A stretch of 15,750 nt of DNA. Source: a bacterium. Its GTDB lineage: Bacteria > Eisenbacteria > RBG-16-71-46. Shown here piece after piece: positions 9,292 to 15,750 of this stretch (position 1 is its first letter; every line of letters starts with the position of its first letter). The translations under genes were made by a program, and so were the position numbers. Where the stretch lies: the NCBI GenBank assembly GCA_043779265.1, contig JAYWEM010000178.1, forward strand, positions 1-15,750. The letters run 5' to 3'. Under the pieces are notes generated by a model. That model did no database searches. It was not told the DNA's origin and saw only the letters and a program-made list of their open reading frames with translations.

Positions 9292-9932
9292 CGGTTGGTC
9301 CTCCGGGGATGGGGCTTCCGGCGTGTGCCGGGGGTTCGGGTCGGCCGCAGCCCCGCGAGGAGCAGGGCCACCAGAGAATCGGTACGGCGGACGATCTCGC
9401 TTCGGCGCCCGAGTTCTCGGACGCTGAGGCTGTAGGGAAGGAGCGAGTTGGTGGCGGTGACGAGCGAGGCGGCCTCGGCGCTGCCGCCCGGCCGCAGCTT
9501 CCCGGCGTTGGCCCCCTGAGCGAGGATCACCTTGAGCACCGAGGCCTCGGCGCGGAACTGCGCCGCTCGGCGCTCGAGCATCGGCTGGCGCATGGCGGCG
9601 AGCTTCTCGTCGATGCTGTTCGCGTGCTCTCTCGCGTAGTCGAAGCGCATGAGCACGCGTGCGCGCAGCGCGTCGCTCAGGCGCTCGGGTGCGCTGCCAC
9701 TTCCGGCGGCGATGATGCGCAGATGCGCGAGCACGTCCTCGGCCATGCGATCGATGCAGGCGAGTGCCACCTCATCCTTGCTCGGGAAGTGGAGGTAGAC
9801 CGAGCCCTTGCCGACGCCGGCCTCCTCGGCGACCTGGGCGATCGTCATGCGGCGGAAGCCGATCCGCGACAGCAGTCGATCCGCGGCGTCGAGCAACCGG
9901 GGGCGTACGGTGAGGTCCTTCGGGCGAGCCAT
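9288..9932 (-). CDS. TetR/AcrR-family transcriptional regulator
   Basis: MARPK...RLLDAADRLLSRIGFRRMTIAQVAEEAGVGKGSVYLHFPSKDEV is a canonical TetR HTH. The start is in-frame ATG 9932 (214 aa) rather than the ORF-track 10388. Confidence 0.93.
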   Translation of the reverse strand: MARPKDLTVRPRLLDAADRLLSRIGFRRMTIAQVAEEAGVGKGSVYLHFPSKDEVALACIDRMAEDVLAHLRIIAAGSGSAPERLSDALRARVLMRFDYAREHANSIDEKLAAMRQPMLERRAAQFRAEASVLKVILAQGANAGKLRPGGSAEAASLVTATNSLLPYSLSVRELGRRSEIVRRTDSLVALLLAGLRPTRTPGTRRKPHPRRTNR

Positions 9933-9959
9933 GGCTGGGGAGCCTCGTCGGGTGATGAG

Positions 9960-9982
9960 TGACCAGAATCGCGTTCTGGTCA
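9960..9982. promoter_or_regulatory. Palindromic operator, probably bound by the adjacent TetR
   Basis: Perfect inverted repeat TGACCAGAA-tcgcg-TTCTGGTCA, 27 nt upstream of the TetR start and abutting a -10-like CATACT on the minus strand (9987-9982). Confidence 0.75.
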
Positions 9983-10069
9983 GTATGACGGCTCGAGCCC
10001 CGAGAAGGTTGCAGCCCGAGGGGGTGGGATCACGAGCGCGGTGAGGCTCGGCCCCGGCGCAACAAGGGG

Positions 10070-10099
10070 TTGACACCGCCCCGCGCCGAGACTCAAGAT
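10070..10099 (+). promoter_or_regulatory. Putative rho promoter
   Basis: TTGACA at 10070-10075, an 18-nt spacer and CAAGAT at 10094-10099, implying a leader of about 245 nt. Confidence 0.5.
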
Positions 10100-10349
10100 T
10101 CTCTCCACGCGAGCGGTTCCTCACTGCTCGTGCCGGGCTCCGCAGCCCTGCGGCCGCCCGGCCCCGGACACTGCATCTCGCCAGTTCCATCGAGGCCCCA
10201 AGCACCTGCTGGACGTCTCGCGTCCGGCTCACCGAATTCCTACTCCCATACGGCCACCGGACCACGATGTCCGACCCACCGGCCCCTTTCGCCTCCGAGC
10301 GCCCACGGCGCCCGGTCCGCGTTCCCCTCAGCCCTCCGAGGTCCGTTCC

Positions 10350-11621
10350 ATGGAGTCGCAGGCCGCCGACACCCTCGAGCTGCAGCAACTGAAGGCCAAG
10401 ACGATGATCGAGCTACTCGCCATCGCCACCTCGCTCGAGGTGGTGGGGACGAGTGGCCTGCGCAAGCAGGAACTGATCTTCAAGCTCCTCGAGGCGCAGA
10501 CGGAGAAGAACGGCAACGTGTTCGCCGAGGGCGTGCTCGAGATCCTGCCGGAGGGCTACGGCTTCCTGCGATCGCCGGCGTACAACTACCTGCCGGGCCC
10601 CGACGACATCTACGTGTCGCCCTCGCAGATCAAGCGCTTCGATCTCCACACCGGCGACTCGGTCTCGGGTCAGGTGCGTCCTCCCAAGGAGGGCGAGCGT
10701 TTCTTCGCGCTGCTGAGGGTCGAGGCGATCAACTTCGAGAGCCCCGAGACCACCAAGGGCAAGATCCTGTTCGACAACCTGACGCCGCTCTACCCGAGCG
10801 AGAAGCTGAACCTCGAGAGCCGCGAACGCTGCATGGAGACGCGGATCATCGATCTGCTCGCGCCGATCGGGAAGGGGCAGCGGGCGCTGATCACCGCGCC
10901 GCCTCGCGCCGGCAAGACGATGCTGCTCCAGAAGCTCGCCAACGCCATCTCCGAGAACCACCCCGAGGTCGTGCTCATCGTTCTGTTGATCGACGAGCGC
11001 CCCGAGGAGGTGACCGACATGCAGAACTCGATCCAGGCCGAGGTCATCTCGAGCACGTTCGATGAGCCCGCCGAGCGCCATGTGCAGGTGGCCGAGATGG
11101 TGATCGAGAAGGCCAAGCGATTAGTCGAGCACAAGCGCGACGTGGTCATCCTGCTCGATTCGATCACGCGATTGGCACGCGCGCACAATGCGGTCGTGCC
11201 CCACTCGGGCAAGATCCTCTCGGGCGGTGTCGACTCCAATGCCCTGCAGCGCCCCAAGCGGTTCTTCGGCTCGGCCCGCAACATCGAGGATGGCGGCTCG
11301 CTCACGATCATCGCCACCGCGCTGATCGAGACGGGCTCGCGCATGGACGAGGTGATCTTCGAGGAGTTCAAGGGCACCGGGAACAGTGAGATCATCCTGG
11401 ACCGCAAGCTCGCCGAGAAGCGTATCTTCCCCGCGATCGACATCAATCGCTCGGGCACGCGCAAAGAGGAACTGCTCGTCACGCCCGACATGCTGGCGCG
11501 CATGTGGATCCTGCGGAAGTTCCTGAACGAGCTGAATCCCGTGGAGGCGCTGGAGTTCCTCACGTCACGCATGGGCGAGACCAAGACCAATCGCAAGTTC
11601 CTGGAGTCGATGAACCACTAG
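10350..11621 (+). CDS. rho: Transcription termination factor Rho
   Basis: 423 aa. Motifs: [42 protein letters not shown], Walker [66 protein letters not shown]. Confidence 0.99.
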   Translation: MESQAADTLELQQLKAKTMIELLAIATSLEVVGTSGLRKQELIFKLLEAQTEKNGNVFAEGVLEILPEGYGFLRSPAYNYLPGPDDIYVSPSQIKRFDLHTGDSVSGQVRPPKEGERFFALLRVEAINFESPETTKGKILFDNLTPLYPSEKLNLESRERCMETRIIDLLAPIGKGQRALITAPPRAGKTMLLQKLANAISENHPEVVLIVLLIDERPEEVTDMQNSIQAEVISSTFDEPAERHVQVAEMVIEKAKRLVEHKRDVVILLDSITRLARAHNAVVPHSGKILSGGVDSNALQRPKRFFGSARNIEDGGSLTIIATALIETGSRMDEVIFEEFKGTGNSEIILDRKLAEKRIFPAIDINRSGTRKEELLVTPDMLARMWILRKFLNELNPVEALEFLTSRMGETKTNRKFLESMNH

Positions 11622-11630
11622 GGGGCCCGC

Positions 11631-12392
11631 GTGGCGCTGCGAATCGTGACATTGGAAGAGGCGCCGCATCTGGAACCCGCGCTGTGGGACGAGTCGCTCC
11701 GGACCGTGTGGCCCGAGTTCATGCACCATGACCCGTCGGCCAGTTACTTCTTCGCCGACGGCGTGCTCGCCAAGCGGCACGGATACATGTTCGCCGCCTA
11801 CGAGGAGGCCGAGCCCGAACGGCTGGTGGCGCGCGCATTCAGCACGCCGGTGGCCCTCGGCGGGCCCGGGCGCGAGACGCTGCCCGAGGGCGGCTGGGAC
11901 ACCATCGTGCGCTGGGCGCATGCCGACCTCTTGGACGGCGCTGCGACCAATGCCGTGTCGGCGCTCGAGATCCTGGTGCGCCCCGATCGCCGCAGCGAGG
12001 GCCTCTCGTACCGCATGTTCGACGCGATGCGCGAGAACGCGCGGAAGCGCGGCGCGAGCCGGTTCGTGGCGCCCGTGCGCCCCAATGGCAAGCACCTGGA
12101 GCCGCACACGAGCATGCAGGAATACGCGTTGCGTACCCGTGCCGACGGTCTTCCGGCCGACGGTTGGCTGCGCGTGCACGCGAGAGTCGGCGGCAAGATC
12201 GTGAAAGTGGCCACCACCAGCTTCATCGTGCCGGGCTCGCTCGAACAGTGGCGCCACTGGACCGGCCTGCCATTCGATGCCAGCGGCTCCGTCGAGGTGC
12301 CGGGTGCGCTCAATCCGGTGACGGTGTCGCTCGAACACAACCACGCCGTCTACGTGGAGCCGAACGTCTGGGTGGAGCACTCGCTGGCATGA
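11631..12392 (+). CDS. GNAT-family N-acetyltransferase
   Basis: Motif A-like 'ALEILVRPDRRSEGLSYRMFDAMRENA', plus 'APVRPNGK' and 'DGWLRVHARVGG', which I recognise from a widespread uncharacterised GNAT subgroup. Starts 9 nt after the rho stop. Confidence 0.8.
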   Translation: MALRIVTLEEAPHLEPALWDESLRTVWPEFMHHDPSASYFFADGVLAKRHGYMFAAYEEAEPERLVARAFSTPVALGGPGRETLPEGGWDTIVRWAHADLLDGAATNAVSALEILVRPDRRSEGLSYRMFDAMRENARKRGASRFVAPVRPNGKHLEPHTSMQEYALRTRADGLPADGWLRVHARVGGKIVKVATTSFIVPGSLEQWRHWTGLPFDASGSVEVPGALNPVTVSLEHNHAVYVEPNVWVEHSLA

Positions 12393-12934
12393 GCGAGCTT
12401 CGACCGGGCGCTCGCGCCTCGGCGGTGCTGGTGCCGCTGTGGCGCGATGCCGACGGCGCCTGGCGGCTGGTGGTCGTGCGGCGCACCGAGGGCGGCGCAC
12501 ACAGCGGGCAGTTGGCGTTCCCCGGTGGCGTGTGCGAGCCGCGAGATGGTTCGACGATCGAGACCGCGTTGAGAGAGGCCGAGGAGGAGATCGGTCTGCT
12601 GCGCTCCTCGGTGACCACGCTCGCCGAGTTGCCGCCGGTCGGCACGCACACCACCGGGTTCCTGATCGCGCCGGTACTCGCTCGCATCGAGCGTCCGAGC
12701 GAGTGGCGGCTCGCCTCGGCCGAGGTGGCCGAAGTGTTCGAGCCGCCGATCGATCCGTGGTTCGAGCCCGATGCGAGGCACTTCGCCGATGACCTCGCGC
12801 CGCCGCCCTGGGCCGGCATCCCGCTGCCCTACTACGCCATCGGCGCGCACCGGCTATGGGGTGCGAGCGAGCGAATCCTGACGCCGCTCTTGGCGAGGAT
12901 CCGCGACGGGGAGTGGCCCGATCTGAGGCGGTGA
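12389..12934 (+). CDS. Nudix hydrolase, CoA pyrophosphatase (NudL/PCD1-like)
   Basis: 'SAVLVPL...RRTEGGAHSGQLAFPGG' CoAse motif, Nudix box GGVCEPRDGSTIETALREAEEEIGL and C-terminal 'LWGAS'. Start at ATG 12389 (ATGA overlap with the GNAT stop), 181 aa. Confidence 0.9.
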   Translation: MSELRPGARASAVLVPLWRDADGAWRLVVVRRTEGGAHSGQLAFPGGVCEPRDGSTIETALREAEEEIGLLRSSVTTLAELPPVGTHTTGFLIAPVLARIERPSEWRLASAEVAEVFEPPIDPWFEPDARHFADDLAPPPWAGIPLPYYAIGAHRLWGASERILTPLLARIRDGEWPDLRR

Positions 12935-12957
12935 ATCGGGCTGAGAGCGGCCTCGGA

Positions 12958-13308
12958 GGCTCGGCTCGCAGCATCGAAGTCGGAGGCTCACTGACAATCA
13001 TCTCCACGGCGCTGATTTAGACGGGCTCGCGCATGGACGAAGTGACCTTCGAGAAGTGAAGGGCACCGGCAGTTGTGGGGTCGTGCTCGACCGCGGGTCC
13101 GCCGAGAAGGGCAAATCCCCGCGATCAAGCTCAGTCGCTCGGGGACGCGCAAAGAGGAAGTGCTCTTAGCGCCGAAATGCTGGTGCGCATGTAGATCCTG
13201 CGGAAATCCCTGAACGAACTGAGTCCCATGGAGGCGTTGAAGTTCCTCACCTCGCGCATGGGAAAGACCAAGATCAATCGCAAGTTCCTCCAGGCGATGA
13301 ACTCGTAG
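12958..13308 (+). pseudogene. rho: Degenerate duplicate of the rho 3' end (last 118 codons)
   Basis: Aligns by hand to 11268-11621 at about 81% identity (about 67 differences in 354 nt). It has three 1-nt deletions, premature TAG stops at 13018-13020 and 13192-13194, and ends at the equivalent TAG (..MNS* versus ..MNH*). Confidence 0.95.
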
Positions 13309-13435
13309 CCGCATGGTCGTTGACCGAGTCGCGCGAGCGTCAAGAGGGCGAGAGCCCGCCGGCACGGATCTCCCAGGGCATCTCAGTGGACCAATCCGCC
13401 ACCGTATTGCGATGGCATACATCAAGTGAAATGCC

Positions 13436-13465
13436 TTGACGCAAACACATCGCGAAGCGCAGCCT
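13436..13465 (+). promoter_or_regulatory. Putative promoter of the S8 protease gene
   Basis: TTGACG at 13436-13441, an 18-nt spacer and CAGCCT at 13460-13465, 43 nt upstream of ATG 13509. Confidence 0.4.
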
Positions 13466-13508
13466 CCGCGAAGTGGTTCTCGTCAAGCATTCGCTGAGGG
13501 GGCTGACC

Positions 13509-15718
13509 ATGTCCGAGCTTCGTCGTGATGCGCTCGCGGTCGCACTAATCGTGTTGGCCGCGACACCAGCTGCAGCCGTCCAACTTCGTTGGGGGGGGCG
13601 AGGGTGTTCGGAAACGACATACTCGTGTCGCCAGATTCAAGCCTTGCTCTCACTCTCGAGGTAGTGAAGGAGGAAGCAAATGGGCCGATTGACGGCGTCT
13701 ATTTGCTTTGGATTGGTGACGGAAAGCTAGAAGTCCGTTCGCCGGTCGGCGTGCTGACCGAACCCCGCAGTGACGGGTCGCCGTTGAGTCCCGAAGCTTT
13801 CTCAGATGCATCGAGCGAGCGCACCAGTATCGATCTCAATGGGCCTAGCAGCGCGAGTACGATTCCGTACCATCTCAGGGTCATGAGCGGCTCCGCATTC
13901 ACGGTCTGGGCTGTCGCGGTGCGTGACGGGATGCCGGTCAGCCTGGCCGAGCGGGCGACACGCATCGTGGCTATCAACGGCGGCGTGGAGGGGCCCTTTG
14001 CGCCCGCTGTGACGGCAGTTCGGCCAGTACGGGCCGACGGGGGAGTTGAGGTCGAGGTTTCGGGTGCCATGCTTGGCACGGTAAGGGACCTGAGGCTGCT
14101 GACGACTGACATGAATGTGATTGTTCCCGATTGGTCCAGAACTGAGACGGGAAGTCTTCGATTCTGGCTCGCCAACGATGTCGCAATGCGAGTTCGTTTC
14201 GTGCAGGTCAGGGACTCTGCTGGGCGTGGTTCGGTCGAGCCCTGCGATACTCGTGCCGAGGTGCATCCTCCAGTGAAGAATCAGGTGCTGGCGCGATTGC
14301 GCGAGGGGTACACCGTCACGTCCCTAGGGGCCCTGAAAGACCTCGCCGACGATGTGAAGTCGGTGGGTTGGACTGTTCCACACAGCCGAGTCGGTCAAGC
14401 GAGGAATGAAGAGCGATACCCAGATTTTGCACTGGTCAACCCATCTGCTGCGGCCACCATTCCCGAACTTTTGAACCGAGTGCGTGCCCAACCAGGGGTA
14501 GCGTCCGCTGACTCACTCACAGAGGGGCAGCTCCTATCTACTCCAACTGACCCGCGCTGGAAATATCAGTGGACGCTTCGCACGAGCGCGTTGCCATACT
14601 GCAACGGCACAATCAATGGCCCCATGCCTCCGCTAGTCTCCGGCGGCTCGGTCAACGCCAATCTCGCATGGGACTATCCAGCCAATGGCCCACCCGTGGG
14701 CATCGGCGTGGTTGACTCGGGCATCAACGGCAACCATGAGGACTTCTTCGGAGTGCTTTCCGGACTTCCGCATATGCGGTCCACCCTGACTCCAGGCTTC
14801 AATGCCGCAATCGATCCGTACCCGTTGCTGGACTCGGCAGCGCCTCTCAACACAGGCGGACACGGAACGCCAGTGGCTGGCATCGCTGCGGGCGTGACAG
14901 GCTTCGAAGAGCCGTACAGCCCTGGAGTCGGTACCGCCAGCGCTTCTCGTTACGGGTTGCCCGTGTCGCTGAAGTGCTACTTCACCAACGGCGCGACAAT
15001 TGTTGGAATGGCTGAAGCGCTAGACGCGGTTGTTCAACACTCCAATCTGATCAGAGTCGCGAACGTCAGTCTCGGGTTCAATACGCCGAGTCCAACTGAG
15101 CGAGCACTGCTGGCCTCCACGCTCCGGCGCGCGTTTCTGGGCGGATCTCTGATTGTGGCAGCCATTGGAAACGACGGGGCAACAGTCGCCAAGTTCCCGG
15201 CGGCACTTTCTGATCTGGTCGTCGCAGTGGGGGCGGTCGACTGGAATAACAGCCGATGGCTGAACTCGTCCACCTTGCAGCCCCATTGCTCAGTGGTTCC
15301 GTTTCCGATTCATGGGAGCAGCTCTGGTCCCTGGCTGGACCTCATGGCCCCAGGCGGAGTTGCGGTACACGCTCCTTCAGGCAGCGGGAGTAATCAGGAA
15401 TTGGTACCCGTTCAGCTGGGCTGCAATCTGTGTCTGTCCTACCCCAATTCGAATATATCCGGATTCGGCGGCACGTCGGCCGCCGCACCAGTGGTCTCCG
15501 GGGCAGCCGCTTGGCTATTGCACGTGATGCCGGATCTCACAGCAGAGGACGCTGGGGAGGTTCTCCGTAGAAGCGCGACCGACGTTGGGCCTCAGGGATT
15601 CGACATCTTCTACGGTCATGGCAGCATAGACATGTGGGAGGCGACGAAATTCCTGTCAGTTTGCAGAATGATGGGACCCCCGCAGGGCCAGCTTTGCAGA
15701 ATCATTCCCCCCCTCTGA
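13509..15718 (+). pseudogene. Secreted S8 subtilisin-like serine protease; frameshifted at G8 (13591-13598) and probably interrupted at 15654
   Basis: The 13589-15718 ORF has an intact triad: D (IGVVDSGI), H (GHGTPVAGIAAG), oxyanion N (AAIGNDG) and S (GGTSAAAPVVSG). The SD (GAGGGG), ATG 13509 and signal peptide MSELRRDALAVALIVLAATPAAA lie in a different frame that joins the long ORF if the G8 run gains one G. The family call is firm; pseudogene status is less certain. Confidence 0.8.
13591..13598 (+). repeat. G8 homopolymer at the frameshift point of the S8 protease
   Basis: cgtt-GGGGGGGG-cgagg lies immediately after the predicted signal peptide. Confidence 0.85.
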
Positions 15719-15750
15719 GCTGAGATTTTCAGAACCATTCCCCCCCCCGC
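15654..15750 (+). mobile_element. Probable end of a Mu/Tn7/Tn5053/IS21-superfamily DDE transposon (TGT terminus plus repeated transposase-binding sites); continues beyond the window
   Basis: TGTCAG is followed by three imperfect direct repeats starting at 15660, 15693 and 15726 (TTTGCAGAATGATGGGACCCCC / TTTGCAGAATCATTCCCCCCC / TTTTCAGAACCATTCCCCCCC), an exact 33-bp period. No transposase is visible in the window. Confidence 0.7.

Noticed and set aside
9933..10388. 152-aa N-terminal extension of TetR in the ORF track (similarly for the Wza-like, kinase and Nudix ORFs)
   Set aside because: The extensions are low-complexity, overlap promoters, the operator or neighbouring genes, and better starts with SD or stop-start overlaps lie downstream.
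12958..13308. rho repeat pair as a diversity-generating retroelement TR/VR
   Set aside because: Mismatches involve all four bases rather than being adenine-specific, indels are present, and there is no reverse transcriptase in the window.
15660..15750. Start of a CRISPR array
   Set aside because: The 33-bp period leaves only about 12 nt between repeats, far too short for spacers. The repeats are imperfect and not palindromic, and no cas genes are present.

Overview
GC-rich (~70% by spot counts) bacterial window. From left to right: (1) the 5' part of a minus-strand surface-polysaccharide operon (large multi-SLBB Wza-type exporter, Wzz/GumC-type co-polymerase, Wzx flippase running off the left edge); (2) a divergent operon of sensor histidine kinase, small Cys-rich lipoprotein, sigma54-dependent NtrC-family regulator and a CdaR/YbbR-like protein with no adjacent cdaA; (3) a TetR regulator and S41 peptidase pair with a perfect palindromic operator; (4) rho with a C-rich leader, followed by a GNAT acetyltransferase and a CoA-type Nudix hydrolase; (5) a decayed ~81%-identical second copy of the last 118 codons of rho; (6) a lower-GC secreted S8 subtilase gene whose signal peptide is out of frame at a G8 tract and whose 3' end runs into what looks like a TGT-initiated transposon end with three repeats at an exact 33-bp period. 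The main oddities are the displaced rho 3' end, the transposon-like end, the poly-G frameshift, the lipoprotein and orphan CdaR inside a two-component operon, and three promoter-like sites sharing the non-canonical form TTGACR-N18-CANNNT. All calls come from reading motifs by eye; no searches were run.
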